Shown here: positions 50,501 through 62,141 of the stretch, piece by piece
How the letters are laid out: every line of letters begins with the position of its first letter
Position numbering within the stretch: the first letter of the stretch is position 1
Source of the DNA: Thermoplasmatota archaeon
GTDB lineage: Archaea; Thermoplasmatota; Poseidoniia; Poseidoniales; Thalassarchaeaceae
Direction: 5' to 3'
DNA length: 64,000 nt
Assembly: GCA_030828405.1 (NCBI GenBank)
Contig: JAURCP010000006.1
Span: 12,015-76,014, forward strand
Made by a program: the position numbers and the translations under genes
Notes under the pieces: generated by a model
The model's database searches: none
Seen by the model: only the letters and a program-made list of their open reading frames with translations
Told to the model about the DNA's origin: nothing

Positions 50501-50567
50501 CTAATGATGTAAAACTACTAAAAAATATGATTAAAAAAATCATAAAAGATTTTTGTACTCTGTACAT
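47562..50567 (-). CDS. Large secreted, membrane-anchored acidic surface protein
   Basis: Signal peptide, Ig-like C-terminal modules with DDG..D..ANDGVY-type motifs, C-terminal TM. Confidence 0.8.
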   Translation of the reverse strand: MYRVQKSFMIFLIIFFSSFTSLVSAEENESIECEILTDWGVTYVESVDIDSNFSTYDSIITHRYVVTFYPSFGNGSTPHLVETSINHLRDNQTIGDEFNSNIVVAGGEIDIILPEEPIFKDEIEISVETLEASCSRFIRVTNWNQPIADHEITSNRTWQNNILGTSETSSKLFFEGRGWQQRIGPNLVSNELGFGSFELSNFENMDIELDLDKVWLNQTYYDEELVGQEFEMSGKGNLSTFQDGLDISVNVTEAMYNRTLSQDSYTEHLLIDGYGILQLLENSDNDSMFITGDISSFFFESFDSDGIREYQNINLEADATSFIEFADGNIDLELEEFRYKDLWINGVQEEHLLKYIGNAEFNALISEEAPYIYTNGTIEKLHFEDRNGFILHDTLRVDGTYDGDVSGSFGIIRFIDDKVIQKNYTGNDFEVNKIRNENWLNVSSVFMIVDEEINAEHNLTYEYIVPQSYWENPVIRYEYIEDNGSKSDYFPEQSPIQIEPERPAASSFESSPITKETGVIPEILISGDEIILSRNLELVLSIVVQETREVNIDGHNVVVIDWIGDYGENTEASGSVINEGLLAGLFHHVNRSINLPLLDSQVNFHETQVLDKIRSPSIIVAEENTPPSIEKIQFREGFLYAEGGQSHLEIFVEDIDNDIISVSVDMSEFGLGKVELSDRGLFGDSVIHDDVWTSLIIANGLDFGNKTVEIEIIDYWENVLFSSEINILNPAPVMTSISFVPNVVKRGDMVDVSISANDGHGVNSVSLELISAGGESVPLSLIDSSWVGQFQVPSSIAPGERLVPIRLTDGNDSSRLITNSFVNGEEISSILIIENEAPAFVNYSIVRGNDITDTVSVPQSGDPISQVLEIVMIDPDGLSSVQVKMGRLAPIGESNNWILMKDDGLGVDKNANDGVYSLEIFARSSLPNGEIEIFVRGTDIFLSTTDSAEQSLIIKLDKTDESISDNWILDNRPVLIIIGLLIVLCLSFAGILMVLRNSDFD

Positions 50568-50638
50568 AATAAACTCTAGAGGAAATCATATTTCAAACTT
50601 TGTGGTAAATGGTTATTACAAAATATCTAATCAAGAGT

Positions 50639-51055
50639 TTAGAATAATGGTTCTTCCCAATCATCTTCCTCACCAGACCTCTCTTTCCAAAGGTTAGCCG
50701 GCATATCATCATATATTCCAGCATAAGGATCTTCATCTACGACTTTTTTAGCCCGCATCTCCATTGCAGCAAGTGCAAATGCCTCCGCTGTAGATTTAAA
50801 TTTCCAATAATGTATTCTCCATTCTCTCCCATCCCATAAAGTGGTCTCTTCAGATTCAGTAGTCAACAAATCATAGTCTTGTAATTGATAAAAAAGATTA
50901 CGATCATTAGGCTCTAATGCATTATCAATAATTCGATTTGAAAAACCAAAAAAACCGAGTGCATGTTCTGCAATACCTTCTGCTACAACAGTTTCCATAT
51001 CTTCGTCAACTTTACGACGAATGGCTTGAGTTAATTGTGCAATTGTCAAACCCAT
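50639..51055 (-). CDS. Conserved hypothetical protein (DUF6015-like)
   Basis: FFGF...IIDN.LEP.DR..FY.L...GREWRIHYW pattern recalled from Thermoplasmatota proteins. Confidence 0.7.
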   Translation of the reverse strand: MGLTIAQLTQAIRRKVDEDMETVVAEGIAEHALGFFGFSNRIIDNALEPNDRNLFYQLQDYDLLTTESEETTLWDGREWRIHYWKFKSTAEAFALAAMEMRAKKVVDEDPYAGIYDDMPANLWKERSGEEDDWEEPLF

Positions 51056-51175
51056 ATATCCGACTCCAATATTTATGTCATGGATGGGTGTGACTTATCA
51101 ACCATACTTTATAATGATTTCAAATTTAATTTCAATCCCGAAGCCATTAATCGAGAGACACTAGTCGTAATCATC

Positions 51176-52105
51176 ATGGTAGAGCCAAGCAAGAGGACCT
51201 TCTTAGGCTTAGAAGAGGATGAAAATGGCCCTCATGATATCGTAATATTGCCAATTCCTTACGAAATGACAACAAGTTACAGAGAAGGAACTGAATTTGG
51301 ACCGGAAGCATGTATTGATGCAAGTTTACAGATAGAATTGTATGATGAATTATTAGATCAAGACTTGCCTTGTGGCTACAAAATTTTTACCTCAGAGCCT
51401 TGGAATAATGAGGTTAATAGTCTTGCAGAAGCTCTAGAAAGTATTGAAAAATTTTCTTTGAAATGGGTTAATGGAGAGCAATTTCCTATTTTTTTAGGAG
51501 GAGAACATGGGATGTTGTTACCAATAATCAGGTCTCTGAGAAAACATCCAGAAATTAAGGGTGAACTTGAACAATTAACAATCTTACAAATAGACGCTCA
51601 TGCGGATTTAAGAGATGAATTAAATGGAGAAAAATATTCTCATGGAACTGTGATTAGAAGAGCTTTGGATGAAGGAGTCGGTGAAATAATTCAGGTAGGA
51701 ATTAGGGCTTACTGTTCGGAAGAAAAAAAAATAATTGAAACTGATGAAAGAGTAAAAACCTGGTTTGCTAGAGATTTAATTCGAATGAATTCCAAGAAAT
51801 CAAATTGGAACGAATTGATAAATCAAATTAAGAATTTATCCGGCCCAGTATGGCTCAGTTTTGATATAGATGGATTAGATGGTTTTCTAGTTCCTGCAAC
51901 CGGAACGCCAGTGCCGGGAGGGTTGTCTTTTTGGGGAGCAAATGAAATAATAATGGAGTTATTTAGTGCTAGTAACGCAAAAGTAATCGGTGCAGATATA
52001 AATGAAATTTCTACATCTCCAAATACAAATTTGACTGAATTCTCTGCGGCATTAATAACTACGAAAATTGTTGTTGGCCATATTATCAGTCAAAAAAGAG
52101 ATTAA
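51176..52105 (+). CDS. speB: Agmatinase (ureohydrolase family)
   Basis: GGEH, DAHAD, SFDID, TGTPVPGG; start moved to MVEPS. Confidence 0.9.
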   Translation: MVEPSKRTFLGLEEDENGPHDIVILPIPYEMTTSYREGTEFGPEACIDASLQIELYDELLDQDLPCGYKIFTSEPWNNEVNSLAEALESIEKFSLKWVNGEQFPIFLGGEHGMLLPIIRSLRKHPEIKGELEQLTILQIDAHADLRDELNGEKYSHGTVIRRALDEGVGEIIQVGIRAYCSEEKKIIETDERVKTWFARDLIRMNSKKSNWNELINQIKNLSGPVWLSFDIDGLDGFLVPATGTPVPGGLSFWGANEIIMELFSASNAKVIGADINEISTSPNTNLTEFSAALITTKIVVGHIISQKRD

Positions 52106-52214
52106 TAGTAAACTCTTTATTTAATCAAAAAAAAACTTAAATTAATTTCAAACCAAACTAGAATTGAAACTTTAGGAAACAATTCTTTGTATAATTGGAT
52201 GTAATCACAAAGTC

Positions 52215-53726
52215 ATGATTACGACAGTGAGTGAATTCTTAGGTACTGGGGATATAATGATAATACCACTTTTTCAAAATATCCTAAAGGCACCTAATAA
52301 TACAACAATAGGTTTGAGCAGAAGTGCAAGTATTACGGTGAGATCTGCTATTTCTAGCGATAGTTTTGAAGGGAAAGAGGGAGAAATAATATCAATATGG
52401 ACAAAAGAATGTCAAATAATACTCTTAGGAATGGGATGTAATGATAAACTAAATACTAAGAAATCAAGAGATATTGGTGCGAAATGTTTCAGTAATCTAC
52501 CAGATAATTTAGGAAGAGAAATTGTTGTTAGGTTTACTACAGGATGGAATACTGAAAATATGGCATCTTTTGCTGAAGGAATAATCCTAAGGAATTATAA
52601 ATTTGATAAATATCAAGAAAAAATTGACGATGAGAAGCAAGATAAAGAATGGTCAATGGTTTGCCAGACTACAAAAAGAAATAGAGAAAATCTAGATTTA
52701 GAAATCGAGAGACTTTCTGCAATAGCTACGGGTGTACATCTCGCTAGAGATTTGGGGAACGAACCGGCGAACCGACTTTATCCAGAAGAATTTGGTAGGA
52801 GAGCGAAGAATTGGGCCAAAGGAAAGAAGAATGTTGAAGTTGAAGTTTGGAACTTCTCTAAACTCAAAGAAGAAGGAATGCATGGACTTATCGAGGTTGG
52901 GAAGGGAAGTATACACAAACCATGTATGGTATTCTTTCGGCTAAATCCAAATTTAGATACTGAGAAGCAAGTCCCTTGTATAGTAGGTAAAGGTATTACT
53001 TTCGATTCGGGAGGAATTTCAATCAAAGGAAGTGCAGGTATGGATGAAATGAAATTAGATATGCATGGTTCTGCTACAGTTTTTGGACTTTTTCAAGCTC
53101 TTTATGCTACAGGTTATCAAGGTCGAGTTAATGGTATAACATGTATGGCTGAAAATATGCCTAGCGCTGAAGCATATAGGCCCGGAGATGTGATAGAAAC
53201 ATATTCTGGAAAAACAATCGAAGTTCTAAACACAGATGCAGAAGGACGGAATGTACTGGCAGATGGCCTATGGAAGGCCAGTGAATTGAATCCTTCTTAC
53301 ATCATTGATTTGGCCACACTGACTGGTTCCATTGTAGTTGCTCTGGGTCATGAAGCAACTGGATTATTTGCAAATAATGATGTGTTATCTGAAAGAATAA
53401 AGATGGTTGGAGATGAAGTAGATGAAATTTGCTGGCCAATGCCGCTGTTACCTGCATTTGAAAAACAAATGACTTCTTCAAAAATTGCCGATGTAAGAAA
53501 TCAAGGAAAAGGAAGATGGGGAGGAGCTATTCAAGCTGCAGGGTTTCTAAAACAGTTCGTTCAAGAAAGAAAAGATAAAAATGGAGAGAAAACTCAGATT
53601 CCATGGGCACATTTAGATATAGCAGGAACAGCAGGAATTTGGGGGGGAGAGTCAAATTCTACAGTTGGTCATGGAGCCACAGGAATCCTAGTCCGTACTC
53701 TACATCTGTTGATCACTAAGGAGTAG
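52215..53726 (+). CDS. pepA: Leucyl aminopeptidase (M17)
   Basis: GKGITFDSGG, NTDAEGR, ATLTG, HLDIAG. Confidence 0.95.
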   Translation: MITTVSEFLGTGDIMIIPLFQNILKAPNNTTIGLSRSASITVRSAISSDSFEGKEGEIISIWTKECQIILLGMGCNDKLNTKKSRDIGAKCFSNLPDNLGREIVVRFTTGWNTENMASFAEGIILRNYKFDKYQEKIDDEKQDKEWSMVCQTTKRNRENLDLEIERLSAIATGVHLARDLGNEPANRLYPEEFGRRAKNWAKGKKNVEVEVWNFSKLKEEGMHGLIEVGKGSIHKPCMVFFRLNPNLDTEKQVPCIVGKGITFDSGGISIKGSAGMDEMKLDMHGSATVFGLFQALYATGYQGRVNGITCMAENMPSAEAYRPGDVIETYSGKTIEVLNTDAEGRNVLADGLWKASELNPSYIIDLATLTGSIVVALGHEATGLFANNDVLSERIKMVGDEVDEICWPMPLLPAFEKQMTSSKIADVRNQGKGRWGGAIQAAGFLKQFVQERKDKNGEKTQIPWAHLDIAGTAGIWGGESNSTVGHGATGILVRTLHLLITKE

Positions 53727-53730
53727 AAGA

Positions 53731-53952
53731 TTACTCCTGAGGCGATATTAAAAATATGGCAACATAGACAAATGCTAAAGTTCCACCAGTTAGTAATGTA
53801 AGTAAAGAGAATATTACTCTAGACGCTGTAGAAGTTATCCTCAATTTTCTTGCAAGACCGGAACATACACCTAGAATTATCCGATCATTACGAGGCCTGA
53901 AAAAGGGTTTAGCACCAAATTTAACCTTCTTAAGTGCATACTCTTGATCCAT
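53731..53952 (-). CDS. PspC-domain protein
   Basis: RPRNDRIILGVCSGLA followed by a TM helix. Confidence 0.85.
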   Translation of the reverse strand: MDQEYALKKVKFGAKPFFRPRNDRIILGVCSGLARKLRITSTASRVIFSLLTLLTGGTLAFVYVAIFLISPQE

Positions 53953-53956
53953 TCAA

Positions 53957-55840
53957 TCACTCATCGGTATCTTCATCATCGGAATCCAGTACTTCAAAAT
54001 CCGCCTCAACTACATCTCCATCATCATCTGATTCATTTTCTTCTTCAGATACTTCTGCAGATGCTGCTTCATATAATTTAGATGATAAACTGTGCATTAA
54101 TTCTTCCAACTCTTGTATTCTTGATTGAATACTCGTTTCATCAAGTTCTTCATCTGAAACCGGTTTTTCATCATTTATGATTAAAGATTCCAATTCTTTC
54201 AATTTTTCTAGCACTGGATTAACAACTTCATCCGACAATTTCTCTTTTGTCTCATCAATTGTTCTTCGAGTTTGATAAACTATACTGTCGGCAGTATTTC
54301 TTAGTTCCACTCTCACTTTCTTACGCTTATCTTCTTCAGCAAATTCTTCTGCATCACTTATTTTTTGCTTAATTTCTTCTTCCGATAATGAAGTCTGACT
54401 CTCTATTTTTATTGATTGTTCAGTACCTGTACCAAGATCTTTAGCTGAAACATTAACAATACCATTAGCATCAATATCGAAAGTTACCTCTATTTGAGGG
54501 ACTCCTCGAGGTGCTGGTGGTATACCCATTAAGTGGAATCTGCCAAGAGTTATGTTATCTTTTGCAAATTCTCTTTCTCCTTGTAATACATGCACTTCTA
54601 CTGCTGGCTGGCTATCCGCTGCAGTAGAGAAAGTCTCTGAACGCCTAGACGGGATTGTTGTATTTCTTTCAATCATTGTAGTCATAATTCCACCCAATGT
54701 TTCTATCCCTAAAGTTAGAGGAGTTACATCTAGAAGGAGGACATCAGTCACTCCCTCATCACCAACAATAATTCCTGCTTGTAGTGCCGCACCTAATGCA
54801 ACTGCTTCATCAGGATTAATACCTTTGAATGGAGATTTACCAACTTCTGATTCGATAGCTTCTTGGACAGCAGGAACTCGGGTAGAACCACCAACAAGAA
54901 TTACCTTGTCTACATCACCTTTACCAATTCCAGCATCCTTCATCGCTCTTCTTGTTGGAGACATTGTGCGCTCAACTAAGTCTGAAATTAAATCTTCGAA
55001 CTTTGCTCGAGAAAGTGAAAGGTCTAGATGTTCGGGTTGACCATCTTTCATTGTTATAAATGGTAAGTTTATCTGAGACATGGAAGTACCAGATAACTCA
55101 ATTTTAGCCTTTTCTGCAGCCTCTCGTAGACGACTCATTGCCTGCATATCTTTTGTCAAATCGATTCCGGAAGATTTCATGTATTCACTTGTAATCCATT
55201 CAACTATTACATGGTCAAAATCGTCACCACCAAGTCTATTATCTCCACTTGTAGCCTTAACTTCTATTTGTGGTTGGCCATCGACCTGATAGATTTCTAA
55301 AACTGATACATCAAAAGTACCTCCACCTAAATCGTATACCAGGATAGTCTGATCTTCGTCCTTATCTACCCCATAGGCTAGAGCCGCAGCAGTAGGTTCA
55401 TTGATTATTCTAAGTACTTCTAATCCAGCAATTCTACCAGCATCTTGTGTGGCTTTTCTTTGAGCATCAGTGAAATAGGCAGGGCAGGTTATCACTGCCT
55501 GAGTAACTTCACGCCCTAGATATGATTCTGCATCAGCCTTTAACTTCTGTAAAATAAAGGCCGATACTTCTTGAGGAGTGTATTCATTATCATCAATGTT
55601 CTGAACCCAATCAGTACCCATTTCTCTTTTCACTGAAAGAATTGTTCGTTGTGAATTTGTCACAGCCTGTCTTTTTGCAGTGACGCCTACCAACCTTTCG
55701 CCATCCTTACTAAAAGCAACAACAGAAGGAGTCGTTCGAGACCCTTCTGAATTAGCTATTACCACTGCTTGTCCCCCCTCAAGAGTTGCCACACAGCTAT
55801 TTGTCGTTCCAAGATCTATTCCAATTACAGGTCCACTCAT
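53957..55840 (-). CDS. dnaK: Chaperone DnaK (Hsp70)
   Basis: [32 protein letters not shown]; start moved to MSGP. Confidence 0.97.
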   Translation of the reverse strand: MSGPVIGIDLGTTNSCVATLEGGQAVVIANSEGSRTTPSVVAFSKDGERLVGVTAKRQAVTNSQRTILSVKREMGTDWVQNIDDNEYTPQEVSAFILQKLKADAESYLGREVTQAVITCPAYFTDAQRKATQDAGRIAGLEVLRIINEPTAAALAYGVDKDEDQTILVYDLGGGTFDVSVLEIYQVDGQPQIEVKATSGDNRLGGDDFDHVIVEWITSEYMKSSGIDLTKDMQAMSRLREAAEKAKIELSGTSMSQINLPFITMKDGQPEHLDLSLSRAKFEDLISDLVERTMSPTRRAMKDAGIGKGDVDKVILVGGSTRVPAVQEAIESEVGKSPFKGINPDEAVALGAALQAGIIVGDEGVTDVLLLDVTPLTLGIETLGGIMTTMIERNTTIPSRRSETFSTAADSQPAVEVHVLQGEREFAKDNITLGRFHLMGIPPAPRGVPQIEVTFDIDANGIVNVSAKDLGTGTEQSIKIESQTSLSEEEIKQKISDAEEFAEEDKRKKVRVELRNTADSIVYQTRRTIDETKEKLSDEVVNPVLEKLKELESLIINDEKPVSDEELDETSIQSRIQELEELMHSLSSKLYEAASAEVSEEENESDDDGDVVEADFEVLDSDDEDTDE

Positions 55841-55857
55841 TTTATTCACTTCCAATT

Positions 55858-56469
55858 TCAAATATTATTTTTAATATCGAATGTAACATCTAGTATGCCA
55901 TTGTTTAGGCTCCAATCAACAATCTGACTTACAGAATTTGGTAAATCAAATTTCTTAAAAGGTCTTAATTGAGTCGTTTTCATCAGCTGAAAAGATTTTC
56001 CTGAATCAATCAAGTTAATCTCCAATTCAGACTCAACAATATCTAATTCGTGGGAAAGATCTACAGTTGCATAAATTCTGTCTTCATGAGAATAAATATC
56101 AACTTGAAGTTCTTGTTCTTCATCTTCTTTTAGATTTAACTCCGCATCAACTATTGGAGTAGGGTTATTTACTTGAACGTTAACTCCCATATTTCTGAAT
56201 AAGTCGGAAAAACCGTTCGAGCCATTCAACATCGATTCCATAGTTTTTCTAAATTCGTCTGAATCTCCATTGATATCAATTTTCATGTCCTGATTTGATA
56301 GTTTCTCTGGATCTATTCCCATTTTCTTGAATTGATCGCGGACCTGAGAAAGCATGTTTCTAAGTATCTCAATATCCATTGGCATACCCATGTCAGAGAA
56401 CATTTTTGCCATTTCTTTGAGCATTTGCTCTTCCCAATCATCTCTACTATTTTCGTCCATAATTGCCAC
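55858..56469 (-). CDS. Divergent small heat-shock (Hsp20-like) protein
   Basis: C-terminal VDIY...ATVDL...LNNGILDV alpha-crystallin-like end; upstream of dnaK. Confidence 0.65.
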   Translation of the reverse strand: MAIMDENSRDDWEEQMLKEMAKMFSDMGMPMDIEILRNMLSQVRDQFKKMGIDPEKLSNQDMKIDINGDSDEFRKTMESMLNGSNGFSDLFRNMGVNVQVNNPTPIVDAELNLKEDEEQELQVDIYSHEDRIYATVDLSHELDIVESELEINLIDSGKSFQLMKTTQLRPFKKFDLPNSVSQIVDWSLNNGILDVTFDIKNNI

Positions 56470-56610
56470 TACTTAACTTGAGGTTGTATAGTGGGAAGGC
56501 GCTACCCTTTATCAACCTCTCGATTTAAATTCTTAATTAAGAAAGATTCAATCGGAAATGTTAGAGCCACAGGAGCGGTTTCAAATCTGTTAAGTTAGTC
56601 GCGAGGGTAT

Positions 56611-58221
56611 ATGTCAGATGCTGAACATGAAGTTGCCTTGGAGGATACTGACCGTATCCATGGTAGGACCGCTTTAGTCCGTAATGTCGCCGCCGCTGTT
56701 TCTTTATCGAATGCCGTTAGGTCAACATTGGGGCCTAGGGGGTTGGATAAAATGCTCGTAGATCAAGAAGGTAATGTAAGTGTCACTAACGATGGAGTTA
56801 CCGTTTTAGAAACTGCTAGAGTAGAACATCCGACTGCAAATTTACTAATTGCATCCTCGAGTTCACAAGATCGTTCAGCTAGAGACGGAACAACTACGAC
56901 AGTAATTTTGATGGCTGAAATGTTACAAAATGCCTTGGAACTAGTTAGGTCAGGCATTCATCCTTCTATAATCATTAATGGATACAGAATTTCTAACATA
57001 AAAGCATTAGAAGAAATCAAGAAAATTTCACGTGAGGCAAATAATAGGAACTTGAAAGCATCTGTAATTAAGACCTCATTACAAGGGAAAATAGATTCTT
57101 TATTAGCTGAACATCTGACTGAAATCTCCTTAATTGCAGCAGAAGCACTAGTTGATGAAGAAGGTGGAAAAGACTTAGAAAGATTACGGATAAAAAGGAT
57201 ACAAATTTCAGGTGGAAGAGCGTTAGATAGTGAATTACTACCTGCATTACTCCTAGCAAAAACAAAACTTATTGGAAACACTTCAACTTTTTCTAAAGGA
57301 GGGAACGTTGCAATAATTGATGGAGGGATTGAAGAAAGAAAATTAAGTTTGGATGCCCAAATCGAAATTAATGAATTAGGGGTACTAAAAGATTTTCAAA
57401 CTCGTAACGAGACATATCTAAAAGAAATAGTCAATCGCCTTAAAATTTTAAATGTAGATTTACTAATAGTTAGAGATGGGATAGCAGATGAAGCAATTCC
57501 AATACTCTCAGATGCTGGGATTACAGCCTATAGAAGATTCGAAAGGGACGACCTTGAAAGGTTATCAAGATTAACAAAAACAAATTTGGTTAGAGATATT
57601 AGAAAAATTACGGAAGATGATATTGGAGTATATTCATCACGTTCGGAAGAAAATATTGGCGGGATAAATTATACAAGGATAGAGGGAGAATTTGGTGGTG
57701 CGATGACTGCAGTCATTAGAGGTTCTACTCCCGAAATTAGAGATGAAGTAAGTAGAGCCTTTGACGATGCTTTGGGAGTTAGCCATAGATTAACCAAAGA
57801 AAGCAATATTCTACCAGGTGGAGGGGCAACACATATTCACTTGGCTAGACAACTTAGAGAATACGCAACGACACAATCGGGTAGAGAACAGATGGCCATT
57901 GAAGGATATGCTGCTGCCCTTGAGATAGTCCCTCGTACTTTAGCAGAAAATGCAGGATATGACCCGATAGATATTGTTTTGTCTCTCTCAGCTGCTCAAG
58001 CAAAAAAAGAAGATAGTGGACCTTGGATTGGTCTCAATGGAAACTCGGGGGAAATTATGGATATGTTTGAAGAAGGAATCTTTGATCCAATATTTGTTGC
58101 AGAGTATGCCATTTCAGGAGCTACAGAGGCCGCAATTAGCATCTTAAGGATTGACGATGTACTGTGGGCGAAGAAGGGGCCTGAAACTCCTGATTGGAGT
58201 AACCAAATTGAAGACAATTAA
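56611..58221 (+). CDS. Group II chaperonin (thermosome subunit), divergent
   Basis: STLGPRGLDKM, TNDG, DGTTT, PGGGA, ILRIDD. Confidence 0.93.
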   Translation: MSDAEHEVALEDTDRIHGRTALVRNVAAAVSLSNAVRSTLGPRGLDKMLVDQEGNVSVTNDGVTVLETARVEHPTANLLIASSSSQDRSARDGTTTTVILMAEMLQNALELVRSGIHPSIIINGYRISNIKALEEIKKISREANNRNLKASVIKTSLQGKIDSLLAEHLTEISLIAAEALVDEEGGKDLERLRIKRIQISGGRALDSELLPALLLAKTKLIGNTSTFSKGGNVAIIDGGIEERKLSLDAQIEINELGVLKDFQTRNETYLKEIVNRLKILNVDLLIVRDGIADEAIPILSDAGITAYRRFERDDLERLSRLTKTNLVRDIRKITEDDIGVYSSRSEENIGGINYTRIEGEFGGAMTAVIRGSTPEIRDEVSRAFDDALGVSHRLTKESNILPGGGATHIHLARQLREYATTQSGREQMAIEGYAAALEIVPRTLAENAGYDPIDIVLSLSAAQAKKEDSGPWIGLNGNSGEIMDMFEEGIFDPIFVAEYAISGATEAAISILRIDDVLWAKKGPETPDWSNQIEDN

Positions 58222-58223
58222 AA

Positions 58224-59177
58224 TTATTTTAAGTTGGTAAGCATCTCATTGACTATAGATTCTAGATTAAATCTTGATTGCCAGTTCCAATCATTTCTTG
58301 AAATCTGATCATCTATGGAATCGGGCCAGGAATCAGCATAATTTTGGCGGATATCTGGTATATATCTACAAACAAAATTTGGTAATTTCTTATTAATTTC
58401 AGATACTAATTCCTCAGGAGTGAAGGAAACTCCAGAAATATTGTACCCACAACGTGCTGAACTAAGTGAATCAATCGGTTCGTCCATCAATGATATTGTA
58501 GCCCTTATTGCATCATCCATATACATCATCGGAAGACGTGTTTGGGCACTGAGAAAACAGTCATATGTGGATTCTTCTGAAAGTGCAGCATGAAATATAT
58601 CAACTGCATAATCAGTAGTCCCACCACTAACGGGTGACTTCCAAGATATTAGTCCAGGATATCTGATTCCTCTAACATCAACTCCATAATTCTCATGATA
58701 TATCATCCCTAATATTTCACAGTCGACTTTAGTCATTCCATATTTAGTTGTAGGATTTAATGGAGTTATTTGAGGTGCATTTTTGGGTGCATCGGGACCG
58801 AATACAGCAATAGAAGAGGGGGCGAAAATACGTAAATCGAATTCTCTCGCTGCCTCCAAAATATTTCTCGTTCCTTCTACATTAATTAATTCACATAAAT
58901 CTGGATTCTCCTGTCCTTTAGCGGAGAGTATCGCAGCTAAATGATAGATGATTTTAATTTCTTTTTCGATAATTAGTTTGAAAATTCCATCTTTATCTAA
59001 AACATCTAGATTGGTATATGGCCCGTTTTGAATACATGGATGACCTTTTTTTTCTCTAATATCACTGGCGATAACATGGTCAGAACCATAAATATCTCTT
59101 AATGATTGTACTAAATCGGTACCAATTTGGCCAAGGGCTCCTGTGACTAATATTCGGCCGCCCACATGTACAACCAT
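58224..59177 (-). CDS. NAD-dependent epimerase/SDR-type L-threonine 3-dehydrogenase
   Basis: GALGQIG, PSSIAVFG, YGMTK, GGTTDYA, ADSWP. Confidence 0.88.
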   Translation of the reverse strand: MVVHVGGRILVTGALGQIGTDLVQSLRDIYGSDHVIASDIREKKGHPCIQNGPYTNLDVLDKDGIFKLIIEKEIKIIYHLAAILSAKGQENPDLCELINVEGTRNILEAAREFDLRIFAPSSIAVFGPDAPKNAPQITPLNPTTKYGMTKVDCEILGMIYHENYGVDVRGIRYPGLISWKSPVSGGTTDYAVDIFHAALSEESTYDCFLSAQTRLPMMYMDDAIRATISLMDEPIDSLSSARCGYNISGVSFTPEELVSEINKKLPNFVCRYIPDIRQNYADSWPDSIDDQISRNDWNWQSRFNLESIVNEMLTNLK

Positions 59178-59285
59178 AGTCGACCGGAGTGATGGAGATA
59201 CTTAGACTTAGCAAAGATAGTTTTTGGACTAAGTCTAAGGAATGTTGATAGGCAAGGTATGTTGGCTTCAAACCCCGTTGATTGA

Positions 59286-60941
59286 ATGAAGTATGTTGTT
59301 GTCACGGGAGGCGTCCTATCAGGACTTGGTAAAGGGATAACTGCGAGCAGTATCGGAGTATTGCTAAAATCCGCAGGACTGAGCGTCACTTCTGTAAAGA
59401 TTGACCCGTATCTCAATTGCGATGCAGGGACTATGTCACCATTCGAACATGGTGAAGTTTACGTTTTAGATGATGGCGGCGAAGTTGACTTGGATTTAGG
59501 AAACTATGAAAGATTCTTGGATATCTCTCTCACTAAAGATCATAATATCACCACTGGAAAGGTCTACAAATCTGTAATTGAAAGAGAAAGGAAGGGAGAC
59601 TATTTAGGAAAAACAGTACAAGTGATTCCACACATAACAAATGAAATTCAAGAATGGATTGAAAGAGTATCAAACACGCCAAGTGATGGGACAAAAAATA
59701 TTCCTGACGCTTGCGTAATTGAATTAGGAGGAACTGTTGGAGATATTGAAAGTGCACCATTCATAGAGGCATTAAGACAATTTCAATTTAGAGTTGGAGA
59801 AAGCAATATCTGCTTTGTGCATGTAAGTTTAGTTCCTGTGATGGGTCCAGTAGGAGAACAGAAAACTAAGCCTACTCAACATACTGTAAAAGAGCTAAGA
59901 GGACTTGGAATTATTCCCGATATTCTAGTTTGTAGATCTGAAAATCCATTAGATGACGAAACAAGAGAAAAGTTAGCAGCTTTTTGTCACGTTTCTCCTG
60001 GTGCAGTTGTTTCGGCTCATGATGTATCAAACATATATCGGATCCCAATTTTATTAGATGAGCAAGGAGTTAGTAATGTACTTTCAAAGCAAATAAGTTT
60101 TGATTTACCCGAATCAAGACCTCTACTAGATGATTGGATAAAAATGGCTGAAACTGTAGATAATCTCAACGAAGTTGTACAAATCGCAATGGTTGGGAAA
60201 TATACTGGACTTTCTGATTCGTATCTTAGCGTTATCAAAGCACTACAACATTCGTCATTTGAAGTAAACCGTAAACTTCAAATTAATTGGATTGAGGCAG
60301 AGAATTTAGATGAAAAAATAAAGCAAGAAAATCTTGAGAAATACAAAGAAGCATGGGATAATCTAAAAATGTCTGATGGGATACTAGTCCCTGGAGGCTT
60401 TGGGATTAGAGGAATTGAAGGGAAAATAAAGGCAGCAGAATATGCTAGAGTGAATAAAATACCTTATCTAGGGGTATGTTTAGGATTACAAATAGCCACA
60501 ATTGAGTTCTGTAGGAATGTATTGGGTATGAAAAAGGCAAATTCCACAGAATTTGACGAGAATACTCCTCAACCAGCGGTAGTATTCATGCCAGAGATAT
60601 CAAAGACACATATGGGCGGTACAATGAGATTGGGTACAAAACCAACGCCATTTTTAGTAGAAGATTGTAAAATAAAAAGACTTTATGGAAATCAATCTTA
60701 CGTTGACGAAAGGCATAGACATAGATACGAAGTGAATCCAGAATTGATTTCAGAAATTGAAAAGGCGGGATTAATCTATGTAGGTAAAGATGAAACAGGG
60801 CAGAGATGTGAAATTATGGAATTAGAAGATCATCCATATTACGTTGGGACACAATATCATCCAGAATTTAAATCTAGGCCTGGAAGGCCTAGCCCTCCTT
60901 TTTTGGGGCTCTTGAAAGCCTCAATAGGTGAAAAAATTTGA
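59286..60941 (+). CDS. pyrG: CTP synthase
   Basis: [34 protein letters not shown]. Confidence 0.97.
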   Translation: MKYVVVTGGVLSGLGKGITASSIGVLLKSAGLSVTSVKIDPYLNCDAGTMSPFEHGEVYVLDDGGEVDLDLGNYERFLDISLTKDHNITTGKVYKSVIERERKGDYLGKTVQVIPHITNEIQEWIERVSNTPSDGTKNIPDACVIELGGTVGDIESAPFIEALRQFQFRVGESNICFVHVSLVPVMGPVGEQKTKPTQHTVKELRGLGIIPDILVCRSENPLDDETREKLAAFCHVSPGAVVSAHDVSNIYRIPILLDEQGVSNVLSKQISFDLPESRPLLDDWIKMAETVDNLNEVVQIAMVGKYTGLSDSYLSVIKALQHSSFEVNRKLQINWIEAENLDEKIKQENLEKYKEAWDNLKMSDGILVPGGFGIRGIEGKIKAAEYARVNKIPYLGVCLGLQIATIEFCRNVLGMKKANSTEFDENTPQPAVVFMPEISKTHMGGTMRLGTKPTPFLVEDCKIKRLYGNQSYVDERHRHRYEVNPELISEIEKAGLIYVGKDETGQRCEIMELEDHPYYVGTQYHPEFKSRPGRPSPPFLGLLKASIGEKI

Positions 60942-60942
60942 G

Positions 60943-62088
60943 TCAATCGACTATTATAGGTAAAACTCTGGTAGTTCTGTAACCTTGTAGTACTTTCATA
61001 TATTTCTTATCAGAAAATTTCTCATCTAATTTTTTGTCCCCAGTTTCTATTCGCAAACGACGAACAGAAATTAATTTAGCAGGGGTGACTACACCTAAAA
61101 TTTCATCAATCGATATTTTTCTTAGAACGCTAGGAGATAGTTGTAGGTTGCCTCTGCCAATAAGGAATCCTTGGCCGCCCATAGGAGACAGAAGCAAAGA
61201 CACTTGACCTTTATGTGAAGAAAGAATTTCAATTAGCTGATCTTCGTTAAGATCGGTTCCTATCTGCTTATTTCCTAATGTAGCATCGATTCCCAACACT
61301 GTACCTTCAAATCCTATCATATTAGAAATTGTTCTTAATGTCCCACCAGAGCCCCAAATAATGAGTCTCTTATCATCTATTAATAACTCTTGAATATGAT
61401 CAGCAAGTCCTTCTAGAATTTCTTCTTCACCAGTTGCCTCCACTCGCATTTTTGCACCTTGCATCCACCTTGGAGATGCCGGTGTTTTAGCCTCAGCATA
61501 CAATCTAACTACCCATTCGCCATTTCGATACTTGTCTTCATCTAAATCAAGAACTTCTGTACTAGATAGTAATAATTCTCCATTCATCCATGATGAAAGT
61601 ACTTCGGCCCCTGCTTTAGGAGATGAAGCAAAACATCCAGAATGCATCTTTACGCCACATGGAATACCAATAACAGGTATGATTGATTTATTGTGAGAAT
61701 CTAAAGTAGAAACTATATCTCTCGTCGTTCCATCACCACCGGCATATAGTATCAAATCTACACTAGAATCGATTAGTAGAGATACCAACTCGAATGTATC
61801 AGATGGATTTGTAATTCCTGAAGATTCGTGTATTAAATTAAAATTACCTATTGATATCCCTTCGGGTATCCATTCACTACCCATTCTACCTTTACTTGTG
61901 AACCATTGAACCTCTTGTTTATCATCATAAATTTTACTAAAATAGTTTAATGCATCTCTTACTCTAGGACCTGCCCTATCTTTTGCACCCATTGAACGTG
62001 CATATTTTGCTTGGCCATCGGAGCCTTTGAGCCCTAATCTGCCACCCAAACCTGCATCCGGATTAACAAGTAGGCCGATACGTACCAT
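60943..62088 (-). CDS. ATP-NAD kinase family protein
   Basis: [25 protein letters not shown]. Confidence 0.85.
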   Translation of the reverse strand: MVRIGLLVNPDAGLGGRLGLKGSDGQAKYARSMGAKDRAGPRVRDALNYFSKIYDDKQEVQWFTSKGRMGSEWIPEGISIGNFNLIHESSGITNPSDTFELVSLLIDSSVDLILYAGGDGTTRDIVSTLDSHNKSIIPVIGIPCGVKMHSGCFASSPKAGAEVLSSWMNGELLLSSTEVLDLDEDKYRNGEWVVRLYAEAKTPASPRWMQGAKMRVEATGEEEILEGLADHIQELLIDDKRLIIWGSGGTLRTISNMIGFEGTVLGIDATLGNKQIGTDLNEDQLIEILSSHKGQVSLLLSPMGGQGFLIGRGNLQLSPSVLRKISIDEILGVVTPAKLISVRRLRIETGDKKLDEKFSDKKYMKVLQGYRTTRVLPIIVD

Positions 62089-62141
62089 ATCACTCGCAAA
62101 GGGCGTGTGTTAATATCAATACAGCCTATGGGTTCACTGTA

